Assembly (NCBI RefSeq): GCF_963921235.1
Contig: NC_086097.1
Coordinates: 212,166,001 to 212,230,000, forward strand
DNA from: Mobula hypostoma
Lineage: Eukaryota
DNA length: 64,000 nucleotides
Direction of reading: 5' to 3'
Position numbers and translations under genes: made by a program. This document shows positions 1 to 12,771 of this stretch, piece after piece. A model generated the notes under the pieces. That model was not told the origin of the DNA and did not search any database. It was given only the letters and a program-made list of their open reading frames with translations. Position 1 is the first letter of the stretch. Every line of letters starts with the position of its first letter.

Positions 1-1570
1 TTACTAGTAGGAAGAAGGTGCTCAAAAAGCTTAAAGGTACATAAGTCACCTGGGCCAGATGAACTGCACCTGCACCCTAGGGTTCTGAAAGAGGTAATAA
101 TAGAGACTGTAGAGGCATTAGTAATGATCTTTCAAGAATCATTGGACTCTGGCATGGTTCCGGAGGACTGGAGAATTGCAAACGTCACTCCATTCTTCAA
201 GAAGGGAAGGAGGTAGCAGAAAGGAAATTATAGACCAGTTAACCTGACCTCAGCGACTGGGAATGTGTTTGAGTCAATTGTTAAGGATGAGTTTGTGGTA
301 TACTTGGTGACACAAGACAAGACAGGGAAACTTTTGCCTGATGATCCTGTTGGAATTCGTTGAGGAGATTACAAGTAGGATAGATAAAAGGGTTGTAGTA
401 GATGTATATTTGGATTTTCAGAAGGCCTTCGACAAGGTGCCGCACATGAGGCTGCTTACCAAGTTAAGAGCCTATGGTATTACAAAGTTACTAGCATGGT
501 TAGAGCATTGGCTGATTGGTAGGAGGCAATGAGTGGGAATAAAAGGAACCTTTTCTGGTTGGCTGCCAGTGACTAGTGGTGTTCTGCAGGGGTTGGTGGT
601 GGGACCGCTTCTTTTTGTGCTGTATATCAATGATTTAAATGATGGAATAGATGGATATGTTGCCAAATTTGCAGATGATACGAAGATTGGTGGAGAGGCA
701 GGTGATGTCGAGGAAACACAAACTCTGTAGAAGGACTCAGACAGATTAGGAGAATGGGCAACGTTGAAAAATGCATGGTCATACACTTTGGTAGAAGAAA
801 TAAATGTGCAGACTATTTTCTAAATGAGGACAAAATCCAAAAATCTGAGATGCAAAGGGCTTGGGAGTCCTTGTGCAGAACACCCTAAAGGTTAACTTGC
901 AGCTAGAGTCGGTGGTGAGGAAGGCAAATGCAATGTTAGCATTCATTTCAAGAGGTCTAGAATACAAGTACAGGGATGTGATGCTGAAGCTTTATAAGGC
1001 ACTGGTGAGGCCTCACCTTGAGTATTGTGAACAGGTTTTGGCTCCTTACCTAAGAAAAGATGTGCTGGCATTGAAGCAGATTCACAGGAGGTTTACAAAG
1101 ATGATTCCAGAAATGAAAGGGTTGTCATATGAGGAATGTTTGATGGCTCTGGGCCTGTACTCGCTGGAATTTAGAAGGATGACAGGCTCCTCAGTGAAAC
1201 CTTTTGAATGTTGAAAGGCCTAGACAGAGTAATGTGGAAAGCATGTTTCCCATGGTTAAGGAGTCTAGGGCAAGAGGGCACGGCCTCAGGATAGAGCGGC
1301 GTCCATTTAAACTAGAGTTGCGGAGAAATTTCTTTAGCTAGAGGGTGGTGAATTTGTGGAATTTGCTTCCACAGGCAGTTGTGGAGGCGAGATCGTTGGG
1401 TGTATTTAAGGCAGAGATTGATAAGTTCTTGATTGGCCAAGGCATCAAAGGTTACAGAGAGAAAGCCAGAGAGTGGGGCTGAAAAAAAAGCCTCAGCCAT
1501 GATTGAATTATGGAGCAGACTCAATGGGCCAAATGGCCTAATATGCTTCTACGTCTTCAGGTCTTTTGCT
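1..1570 (+). mobile_element. CR1-clade LINE, decayed 3' half (RT and 3' UTR)
   Basis: Frameshifted RT pieces [46 protein letters not shown]; 3' hairpin gatgggccaaatggcct-like. Confidence 0.9.
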
Positions 1571-1661
1571 CTTAATGCAAGTTCCATGGGTAAAAATGCA
1601 CTGAAATACAAATGAACCTTGCTATCTGGAATAGCATAAACATCTTAATCCAACAGATTTA

Positions 1662-2141
<480 letters not shown>

Positions 2142-2574
2142 TTAGAAATGTAAATTGCTGCCATGTTCTAGCATGTCTGATTGCATTTTTAAAGAGAATA
2201 CACCAGGTAATATTTTGTGCTGGCTATGTTATTCTTGCCTTCTCAGTTTCAATTTCAAGCCTCCAGGATTGGCAGCCTTTTAAATATTTAAATTGTAAAT
2301 TAGTTTATTTTAATCATTGATGAAAAGAGAAATTACAAGTAGTAACTGTTTTACAAAATGCAGCTAATTTGAAGAAAGCAAGTTAAAAAGACATGAAAGG
2401 GAGTCTAACGCACCAGGGAAATTTGTAGAAGAACTCTACACACCCACTAATGTAATATGTACTGATTGTATTGAATAAATAGCACAGTGGGGAAAGCATA
2501 TGCAAAATAAGACATGAGGCAACAGGGCTTCAGGCCAAGAATGAGAAGTTCTAAATGCTTAGGTATAGCAAAGA

Positions 2575-3072
2575 TATACAAAGGTATGTTTGGAGAAAAA
2601 AGGGTGCACAATTTCATGAAAAGAACACCTCTCCAACTGTTAAGCACAGGGGTGGATCGATCATGCTTTGGCTTGTGTTGCAGCCAGTGGCACGGGGAAC
2701 ATTTCACTGGTAGAGGGAAGAATGAATTCAATTAAATACCAGCAAATTCTGAAAGCAAACATCACACCATCTGTAAAAAAGCTGAAGATGAGAAGAAGAT
2801 GGCTTCTACAACAGGATAATGATCCTCAACACACCTCAAAATCCACAGTAGACTACCTCAAGAGGCGCAGGCTGAAGGTTTTGCCATGGGCCTCACAGTC
2901 CCCCAACCTAAATATCATCGAAAATCTGTGGATAGACCTCAAAAGAGCAGTGCATGCAAGACAGTCCAAGAATCTCACAGAACTTGAACCCTTTTAGCAA
3001 GGAAGAATTGGCGAAAATCCCCTAAACAAGAATTGAAAGACTCTTAGCTGGCTACAAAAAGCGTTTACATCG
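2575..3072 (+). mobile_element. Tc1-family DNA transposon, transposase fragment
   Basis: VKH.GGSIM.W ... LQQDNDPQHTS ... WASQSPNLNIIENLW (DD34E-type catalytic region); stop and frameshift, no TIRs seen. Confidence 0.88.
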
Positions 3073-3074
3073 GA

Positions 3075-3410
3075 AAAAGCAGCGCGACAGACTTTTAACA
3101 TTGTAAATCAGCGAGATGTTTGTCATGTCACCCCCTTGCTGTGAAATAAGGACACCACTGTTTCCCTCATGGGAGGGGGAGGGGGAGCTTTTTTTTTGCT
3201 GAAGTGAGTGGGAGAGGGATGGGGGGAGGGTTGTTGCTTTGCTGCTGCTTGTGTGTGGGAGGGCGGAGGGGGGGCTTTGGGATTCTAACATTTTAACTGT
3301 CATTCATTCCTTGGGGCACTCTTCTGCTTTTGCGGATGTCTGCGAAGGAAATTTCAGGATGTATATTGTATACATTTCTCTGACATTAAATGGAAATATT
3401 GAACTATTGA
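3075..3410 (+). repeat. unclassified interspersed repeat, 3' portion (second copy 41284-41580)
   Basis: Shared block ttgctgctgcttgtg...ggctttggg.ttctaac...tcattcattc...gatgtct...tgtatacatt.ctctga in both copies. Confidence 0.6.
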
Positions 3411-3504
3411 TGTTGAAGGTCAGTTCCTTTTGGGAAATGAAAACATTAATGAAGACAAAGAACAAGCTGTGACTATGTATAAAGTTGAAGACAGTGTGCC
3501 AGAC

Positions 3505-3940
3505 AGGGTAGCAGACAGCAACAGAATCAACAAACTCATTCGTAAGGACAGTGATGTTGTGGGGATGGAACTTGGCTCTCTGACGGTGGTGTCTAAAAAG
3601 AGGATGCTGTCCAAGTTGCATGCCATGTTGGACAATGTCTCCCATCCACTAGATAATGTACTGGTTGGGCACAGGAGTACATTCAGCCAGAGACTCATTC
3701 CACCAAGATGTAACACAGAGTGTCATAGGAAGTCATTCCTGCCTGTGGCCATCAAACTTTACAGCTCCTCCCTTGGAGGGTCAGACACCCTGAGCCAATA
3801 GGCTGGTCCTGGACTTATTTCCTGGCATAATTTACATATTATTATTTAACTATTTATGGTTTTATTACTAATTATTATTTATGGTGCAACTGTAACAAAA
3901 ACCAATTTCCCCCAGGGTCAATTAAGTATGACTATGACTA
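3505..3940 (+). mobile_element. Rex1/Babar-type LINE 3' fragment
   Basis: Near-identical to 30950-31372; RLIPPRCNTECHRKSFLPVAIKLY; (atgact)n tail. Confidence 0.85.
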
Positions 3941-5042
3941 ACTTGCATGAAGTACATTCTGAAGCCACTAGCAAGACATCCTGTTCATCAGTTATCACAT
4001 CAGTAGTATTAGAATAGATGCAGATTTTGCTGAATTATACATAAGCCAATAGATATTGAGGGATAAGCGCACGTTGGAGGAAAACGTGGAACAACTTTGA
4101 AGAAGCCAGGAACAACAGGACGTGCAAATTCAAAGAGACCAGGAACTACAGGCAGAAAGCTTTGAAGAGACCAGGAAGAACAGGCAGAACAAATTTGAAG
4201 ACAGATGGAGAAGCTCAAGTTGCAGAAGAAAAATTGCAGCCAAGATAGCCTGAGTTAAAGTGCTGCATCAAGTGCTGTGGGTGCTAAGCATGCCCCAGCA
4301 GAGCAGTTCTCTGGTGAGAGTTCCCTGTTGGCATGGAAGAGAAAAAATTCAGAACACTCGATGTCGGTGTGGATACATCTGAGGAACAAAATTCTATGAG
4401 CTATGATTTTGAACTCCAAGGAGTAGTTTAGGGTGCTCACTTTCAGGCATTCTGAATCTGGCCATATCCAATAGCACAAGGTGCTTCTGGGAACACCGAT
4501 TTATAGTATGATGACACTCATGTTTCAGATGATAAGACATTTAAATGCTGGGCTGAAGGTCATAAGGACATGAAAAGAAATAACAAGCTTAATGATGCAA
4601 CAACAATGCATTGTGTCTCTGCTTAAAGAGGGATTCAAATGTTCGATGGCAATCCATTACAGTATCATTCATTTACTAGGGCTTTCAAAAGTAGCATTGA
4701 AAGTACGATTATTGTGACCATCGCTCTTTTCTTAACAGTTTACTGAACATTACTGAAGACAGCATGCCAAAACTTGTCAGCAGTCGGCCCGGAGCAAGGA
4801 TATCTGAAGGCCTAAGCTTTACTATAGGAACATTTTGGTGATGAGCACAAAATTGCTGCAGCCGACATGGAAGAGGTTCCTTCTTGGCCAAACATCAAAT
4901 CAGAAGATGTGAAAGCCATTCAAGACTATAGCCTTTCTCTTAACACTTGTTAAAATGCTATGGAAGATGTGCAGGCCATGCACGAGTTGAACATGCCTGC
5001 TAATATGAAGGGTGTCATAAATAAATTGCCCGATGAACTTTG

Positions 5043-8000
5043 TAGAAAGAACGGAGATTGGCAGTGTATTAAGTATCTGGTAAATTTTTCTTTTTCGTCT
5101 TAATTCTTCATTCCTCGTCTGTTACAGCAAAGTAGTGCAGTGAGAATGGCTCCAGGGGCAGTGTTTTGTTATATGTGGGAGATGTGGGAATTATGGGAGA
5201 CCTCTGGTCTCCCAGATAACCACACCTGCTCCAGGTGCACCAAACTGCAGCTGCTCAGAGAACATATTCAGGAAATGGAGCTGCAGCTCATAGACCTTCA
5301 GCTTATATGGGAGAACGAGGGGGTGACAGATAGGAGCTACAGAGAGGTTGCAGGAGGCAGGCAACTGAATGACTGTCAGAAGAAAGAGAAATGGACAGCC
5401 AGTGCAGAGTATCTCTGTGCCTGTTTTCCTTAATAATAAGTATACCACTTCAGATACCGTTGAGGGAGACAACCTACTGGGGGGAGCAGCAGTGACAGGG
5501 TTTTTGGCACCGCGTCTGGTGCTGCGACTCAAAAGTGGAGAGAGATGAAGAGGACTGCGGTGATGACTGGAGATTCCATAGTCAGAGGAACAGGGAAGAG
5601 ACTCTGTGGATGCAATAGAGACGCCTGAATGGTATGTTGCCTCTCAACTGCCAGGGTCAGGGATGTCTCGGATTGGGTCCACAGCATCCTAGAGGTGGAG
5701 GATGAACATCCAGAAGTCTTAGTACATATTGGCACCAATGACATGGGTAGAAAAGGTGTAGGTCCTGAAGAGTGATTTTAGGGAACTAGGTAGATAGCTG
5801 AAAAATAGGACCTCCAGTGTAGTAATCTCTGGATTGCTACCCATGACATGCACCGGTGAGGGTAAGAATAGGATAATTTGGCAGATGAATGTGTGGCTGA
5901 GGAACTGGTGCAGGGGGCAGGGAGCCAGATTTATGGATCATTGGGGAAGGTATGACCTGTATGAAAGGGACCGGTTACACCTGAACTCGAGGGGGACCAA
6001 TATCCTTGCAGGCAGGTTTGCTAGAGCTGTTCAGGAGAGTTTCAACTAATTTGGCAGGGGGATGGGAACTAGTGATAGTGCTGAGGATGAAGTAGTTGGA
6101 TTACAAACAGAGGCAGTGTGTGGTGTGACTGCTAGCAAGGAGAGCCTGATGAAAGGGCAAAATTGCAGTCAATAGGATGAGCTGCAATGTACGACATTGT
6201 GGGCTCACTGAATCGTGGCTGAAAGAAGATTATAGATGGGAGTTTAACGTCCAAAGATACACATTGCATCAAAAGGACAGGCAGGTAGGCAGAGGGGGTG
6301 GCGTGGCTCTACTGGTAAAAAGTGATATCAAATCATTAGAAACAGGTAATGTAGGGTCAGAAGGTGTTGAATTGTTGTGGGTAGAGCTAAGGAACTGCAA
6401 GAGTAAAAAGACCCTGATGGGAGTTATACACAGAGCACCAAACAGTAGGAAAGATGTGATCTACAAAGTACAAGTGATAGAAAATGCATGCGAAAAAGGC
6501 AATATTATGATAGTCATGGGGGATTTCATGCAGATAGATTGGGAAAGTCAGGTTGGTGCTGGAGCCAAGAGGAAGAATTTCTAGAATGCCTATGATTTGG
6601 CTATTTAGAGCAGCTTACGGTTGTGCCCACAAGGGATCAGTTATTCTGAATTAGATATTGTGCAATGAACTGGAATTGATTACAGAGCTCAAGGTAAAGG
6701 AATCCTTAAGGATGCAGTGATCACAACATGACAGAATTCACCCTGAAATATGAGAAAGAGAAGCTGAAGTCAGAAGTATCAGTATTAGTGGAGCAAAGGG
6801 AATTACAGAGGTCTGAGAGAGGAGCTGGCCAAAACTGAAAAGAACGCTGGTAGGGACGATGGCAGAGCAGCAATGGCCAGAATTTCTGAGAGCAATTCGG
6901 AAGGCACAGGATATATACATCACAAAGATGAATTGGTATGCTAAAGGCAGGATGACAAAACAGTGACTTACAAAAGAAGTCAAACCCCACACAAAAGCTA
7001 AAGAGAGAGCATAAAATAGAGCAAAATTTAGGGGGAAGTTAGAGCTTTGGCAAGATTTTAAAAACCAACAAGGCAACTAAAAAGTCATAAAGGTAAAAAA
7101 CATGGAATCACAAGATCACAAGACAAAGGAGCAGAAGTAGGCCATTCAGCCCATCGAGTCTGCTCCACAGCTACCCCATGAGCTAAACTATTCACCCATC
7201 CAGTTCCAATTTCTGACTTTTTCCCCATATCCCTTGATACCCTGACTAATTAGATACCTGTCAATCTCCTCCTTAAACACCCTCAAAGATCAGGCCTCCA
7301 CAGCCATATGTGGCAATGAATTCCACAAATCCACGACCCTCTGGCTAAAAAAATTTCTCCTCATCTCTGTTTTAACTGGGTACCCTCTAATTCTAAGACT
7401 ATGGCCTCTTGTCCTGGACTCACCCACCAAGGGAAACAACCTTTCCACATCTACTCTGTCCAACCCTTTCAACATTCGAAACGTTTCTATGAGATCCCCT
7501 CTCATTCTTCTATACTCTAATGAATACAATCCAAGAGCCGACAGACGCTCCTCATATGTTAGCCCCTGCATTCCAGGAATCATCCTCGTAAATCTTCTCT
7601 GAACTCTCTCCAACATCAGTATATCCTTTCTAAGATAGGGGGCCCAAAACTGCACACAGTATTCCAAATGAGGTCTCACTAATGCCCAATAGAGCCTCAT
7701 CAACACCTCCTTATTCTTATACACTATTCCTCTTGAAATGAATGCCAACATAGCATTCGCTTTCCTTACCGCCAATCCAACTTGGTGGTTAACCTTTAGG
7801 GTATCCTGCACGAGGACCCCCAAGACCCTTTGCACTTCCGATTTTTGAATTTTCTCCCCATCTAAATAATAATCTGCCCGATTATTTCTTCTTCCGAAAC
7901 GTACAACCATACATTTGTCAACGTTGTATCTCATCTGCCCACTCTCCTAAACAGACTAAGTCTCTCTGCAACCTTTCCGTTTCTTCAACATTTCCTGCTC

Positions 8001-10494
8001 CTCCACCTATCTTGGTGTCATCCGCAAACTTGGCCACAAAACCATTTAATCCATAATCCATATCATCGATATACATCGTAAAAAGAAGCGGCCCCAACAC
8101 CGACCCCTGCAGAACACCACTAGTAACCGGCAACCAATCAGAATAGGATCCCTTTATTCCCACCCTTTGCTTTCTGCCTATCAGCCAATGCTCCACCCAT
8201 TTCAATATCTTTCCTATTAATTCCATGGGCTCTCATCTTATTAAGCAGCCTCATATGCGGCACCTTATCGAAGGCCTTTTGAAAATCCAAATACACAACA
8301 TCCACAGCCTCTCCCTTGTCAATCTTATTCGAGATTACCTCAAAAAATTCCAATAAGTTGGTAAGGCAGGATCTTCCCTTCATGAAACCATGCTGGCTTG
8401 GGCCTATCTTGTCATGCACCTCGAGGTATTTCATAACCTCGTCCTTGAGGATTGACTCCAATATCTTTCCAACCACCGATGTCAGACTAATAGGTCTGTA
8501 ATTTTCTTTTTGCTGCCTCCTTCCTTTCTTAAATAGCGGAACTACATTTGCGACCTTCCAGTCCTCCAGAACCATGCCAGAGTCTATTGATTCCTGGAAG
8601 ATCATTTCCAATGCTTCCACAATCTCCAAAGCCACCTCCTTCAGAACCCTTGGGTGCACCTCATCCGGGCCGGGAGACTTAGTCCACTTAGCTTCCCAAG
8701 CACTTTCTCTCTAGTTATCTTGACTGTACCTAATTTTATCTTCCACTGTGAAGACTGATGCAAAATACTCATTCAGTTCCTCCGCCATCTCTTTGTTATC
8801 TGTTATAATTACTCCAGCATCATTTTCAATCGGTCCCATATCCACCCTTGCCATTCTTTTACTCTTCGTATATTTAAAAAAACTCTTAGTATCCTTTTTT
8901 ATGTTAATCGCCAATTTCCTTTCATAATTCATCTTTTCTTTCCTAATGACTTTCTTAGTTTCTTTCTGTAAGTTTTTAAAGGTCTTCCAGTCCTCATTTT
9001 TCCCACTAATTTTTGCTTCCTTGTACGCTGTTTCTTTTGCTTTTATTTTTGCCTTAACCTCTCTTGTTAGCCATATTTGTGCCATTTTTCCATTCAAGAT
9101 TTTTTTTTCTTGGAATATATTTTTCCTGCATCTTCCTTATTTCTTGTAGGAATTTCATCGAATTCTGCTCTGCCGTCCCTCCATTTAGTTTACTTTTCCA
9201 ATTGACTTGGGCCAGTTCCTCTCTCATACCACTGTAATTTCCCGTTCCACTGAAATATCGATACACCTGATACCAGCTTCTCCTTTTCAAATTTGAAACT
9301 GAACTCAATCATATTATGATCACTACTAAGAGGTTCCTTTACCTCCAGCTCCCTCATCGCCTCAGGTTCGTTACACAGCACCCAATCCAAAACAGCCAGT
9401 CCCCTGGTGGGCTTCTGGACAAGTTGCTCCAAAAAGCCATCCTGTAGGCATTCTACAAACTCCCTCTCCTGAGATCCATTACCTTCCCGACTTTCCCAAT
9501 CCACTTTCATATTAAAATCCCCCATAATTATCTTGACATTGTCCTTCTGACACGCTTTTTCTATTTCCAGCTGCAATTTGCAGTCTACATCCCTACTATG
9601 AATATGAAGGTAAGCTAGCCAATAATATTAAGGAGGATACCTAAAGTTTCTTCAGATACATAAAGTGTGAAAGAGTGATGAGAGTACATTGTGGATCACT
9701 GGAAAATGATGCTGGAGAGGTAGTAATAGGGACAAGGAAATGGCAGAAGAAAGGAATAAGTATTTTGCATCAGTCTTCACTGTGAAAGACATTAGCAGTA
9801 TGCTGGAGTGTACGGGGACAGAAATTTGTGAAGTTACCATGACTAGGGAGAAAGTTCTTGAGGCATGTAGGTCTGAAGGTAGATAAGTCACCTGGACCAG
9901 ATGGTGTACACCCCAATGTTCTGAAAGAGGCAGCTGAAGAAACTGTTAGGGCATTAATAGTGATCTTTCAAGAATCACAAGATTCTGGCATGATTCCAGA
10001 GAACTGGAAAATTACAAAGGTCACTCTACTCAAGGGAGAGAGGCAGAAGAAAGGAAATTATAAGCCAGTTAGTTTGACCTCAGAGGTTGGGAAGATGTTG
10101 GAGTCAATTGTTAAGATGTGGTTTTGGGGATAGAGCACTGTCTGATTGGCAGGAGACAAAGCGTGGGGAAAAAGGGAGCCTTTTCTGGTTGGCTGCCGGT
10201 GACTAGTGGTGTTCCACAGGGGTCTGCTTTGGGACCACATATTTTTACGTTATATGTCAATTTGGATGATGGAATTGAAGGCTTTGTGTCCAGGTTTACA
10301 GTAGATATCAAGGTAGATGGAGGGCAGGTAGCTTTGAGGAGGCAGAGAGGCTACAGAAGTACTTAGACAGATTAGGAGAATGGGCAAAGAAGTGGCACAA
10401 AAATGAGTCAAGATTAAAAGACTTGTTATATGAGGAGGGTTAGCTGGCTCTGGGCCTGTACTCGCTGGAATTCAGAAGAATGAGGTGTGATCTC
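5043..10494 (+). mobile_element. near full-length decayed CR1 (ORF1 Zn-finger/SGNH esterase, endonuclease, RT), interrupted at 7109-9597
   Basis: ORF1 remnants CSRC, GDSIVRG, VHIGTNDMG, HLNSRG; APE motifs GLTESWL, GRGGGVALLVK, VMGDF; RT remnants after 9598. Confidence 0.88.
7109..9597 (-). mobile_element. 5'-truncated CR1 LINE nested inside another CR1
   Basis: Minus-strand ORF2 pieces (IIMGDFN, YRPISLTS, DFQKAFD, FADDTK); (TCTTGTGA)n tail at 7109-7123; host CR1 resumes at about 9598. Confidence 0.92.
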
Positions 10495-11578
10495 CATCTT
10501 ACATTCTTATCCTCTAAGAAATTTTCACTGACGTTGTTGATTTTATCGAAAGGCTAGTGATGATTGTTACACACCCAGTGTTTCACAAACTATACAAGAC
10601 TATATTGCTGGCGGTAGTAAAGGTGTGAACAAAACTGGATCACAGATTTATTTCCAAGCTAAAAGTAGCTTTGCCACTACTGTAGCCACTGTGGAAAGTG
10701 AAACTGAGCCCGGAGATGATGAAAAGGGTGCAGATTCGAAAGAAGCCATGAATGAAGCAAACACAGCAGTGAATACTGCCCTAGTATCCAATGATCTTAC
10801 AGAGCTTGGTGATCATGATTGTAAACTCCCTATAATTTCACTTTAGATGAAGCCTAAGAAGAGTAACAAGACAGTGATTACTTATGCTTTCCTCGATCAA
10901 GGATGTACAGCAGTGTTCTGCACAGTGAGCCTCATAAACAAGCTCAACTTGACTGGAAAAGGAACACATGCTCTCTTACACACAATGGGTCAAGAGAAGG
11001 ATGTGAGTAGGTATTTCGTTTCAGAATTGGAAGTGGCTGGATAAGATAGTGAAAACTATTGTGAACTACCTAATGTCTATACACAGGAAAGTATGCTTGT
11101 CTACAGAGGAAGGATTCTTCATCAGAGGTCTTCAGGCATGGTCTCACCTGAAGCATCTTGATCTGACAGAAACTGAATTGGAAATTGAGCTGCTGATAGG
11201 GATGAATGTGCCCCAGGCACCGGAGCCATTGCAAGTGATTTGCAGTGCCAATGATGGACCCTATGCAATCAGAACAATGCTAGTTTGGACTGTTAATGGA
11301 CCACTTAAAGGAGGCTATGGTGCTGGAAGAGACCATGCTCGTCCAGAGTTGATTGCTAATGGGACTTCAGTTTTGGATGAGCTTTGGTAGCAGCGATTCA
11401 AGACAGATTTTCCTGATCGAGTCAAGAGAGACAACCTAGTTTGGCAGGAGAAGAGCACAATCTAGGATAGACTGCTTACCAGAAGAGGATGTTTGTGTAA
11501 ATGTTGAGATTTCATGTCTCTTGTGACTTAATAGCACGTAGTTTTAATAAATATAGTATAATAATTGGGGGGCTGGAA

Positions 11579-11856
11579 TGTAGGCGCCATGCATCTATTC
11601 TCCATCTGCTCTGTATTCTCCATTGTGCTTTTATTATGTTTATTATGGTAACTAGTCACATGAGTATACTGTAAGTTACGTATTCTTGCTTATTTCTTGG
11701 CAGTTTGCAGCTTTGGACTGCCGGAGGTCATGGCTTTGCTGACCACTTAATATTGCTTTAAGATTGTATGTTTGCTAATAAAGGACTGAATAAAGGATTT
11801 GATTCTTTGGCACAATCATTTCATTGGAGCCGAGGGTGCGTCATGCAAGTATAACA
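11579..11856 (+). mobile_element. 3' LTR of the BEL/Pao element
   Basis: Purine tract ggggggctggaa immediately before TGTAGG...; ends ATAACA; internal AATAAA signals. Confidence 0.7.
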
Positions 11857-11936
11857 ACTCTATGATGATCGCAGGCTAGCGGCAATTGATATGATTTTGG
11901 ATTAGTTTTTGCCACTACAAGCAATACATATTTATT

Positions 11937-12070
11937 CACAAATGAGAAAATCTGCAGATGCTGGAAATCCAAGCAATGTACACAAAATGCTGGAGGAACT
12001 CAGCAGGCCAGGCAGCATCTACGGAAAACAGTACAGTTGACGTTTCAGGCCAAGACTCTTCTGCAGGACT
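11937..12070 (-). mobile_element. Penelope-like element terminal fragment
   Basis: aaatctgcagatgctggaaatccaagca...caaaatgctggaggaactcagc motif; flanked by catatttatt (11927-11936) and catatttaat (12071-12080); degenerate hammerhead at 12035-12070. Confidence 0.8.
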
Positions 12071-12075
12071 CATAT

Positions 12076-12222
12076 TTAATGGGGGAAAGAATAGTCGCTT
12101 CCATATGTGAACTTTGGCTCAGGCATTTCTCGATAGCGACTCTAAAACAAAAGAATAATTGTAAACCTACCTTTGCTTACTTAGTTTAATTCAAATAGAT
12201 TAAAGGAGGTCACAAAAGACTA
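12076..12222 (-). pseudogene. NSMAF: partial duplicate of NSMAF exon 15 plus upstream intron (pseudo-exon)
   Basis: 12081-12222 aligns by eye with 12713-12843 (offset about 630). Acceptor intact at 12142-12143; reads [21 protein letters not shown] with TAA at 12078-12076. Confidence 0.9.
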
Positions 12223-12654
12223 TGGTGATAATATATATTTAATATTTCCATTTCTCCTCTTGCTTTAATTTTCTGAAATGTCTGTCTTTAGAGATTAATA
12301 AAGCTTGCATTTGATCATCAAGAATTCAGTTTTTAAAGTTCTTGATTCACCAATAATGGTAATTTCACAGTCTTTAGTGAATAGTAATACTGTAACTCTA
12401 AATTTTGTACTCAATACAAACTTCAGTTTAAAAGGTGACATGCTTACAAAGTACAAAACTAAGCAAATATTAAATATCATAAAGGACGAGTTACAGCACC
12501 TCTTTCAGGCAGCTTTTCAAAGATCTTGAAACTTGATGCCCAGCTTAATTTTTTTACAATCACAGATGGTATAAAACACCTGATAACATTATCAGATTTT
12601 GTGGTGATCTTAACTCCTTATGCTTAAAAAAAAAGCATAACTGAGAATTGACTA

Positions 12655-12771
<117 letters not shown>

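Larger units (their letters stand above)
3941..11578 (+). mobile_element. BEL/Pao LTR retrotransposon remnant, split by CR1 insertions (element sequence about 3941-5042 and 10495-11578)
   Basis: Gag-like GNPLQYHSFTRAF; protease-like TYAFLDQGCTAVFC; IELLIGMNVP..PEPLQVI.....GPYAIRTML.WTVNGPL, typical of BEL/Pao; heavily deleted. Confidence 0.75.

Noticed and set aside
2668..2997. Functional Tc1 transposase
   Set aside because: Fragment only; lacks the N-terminal DNA-binding domain and TIRs and has a premature stop
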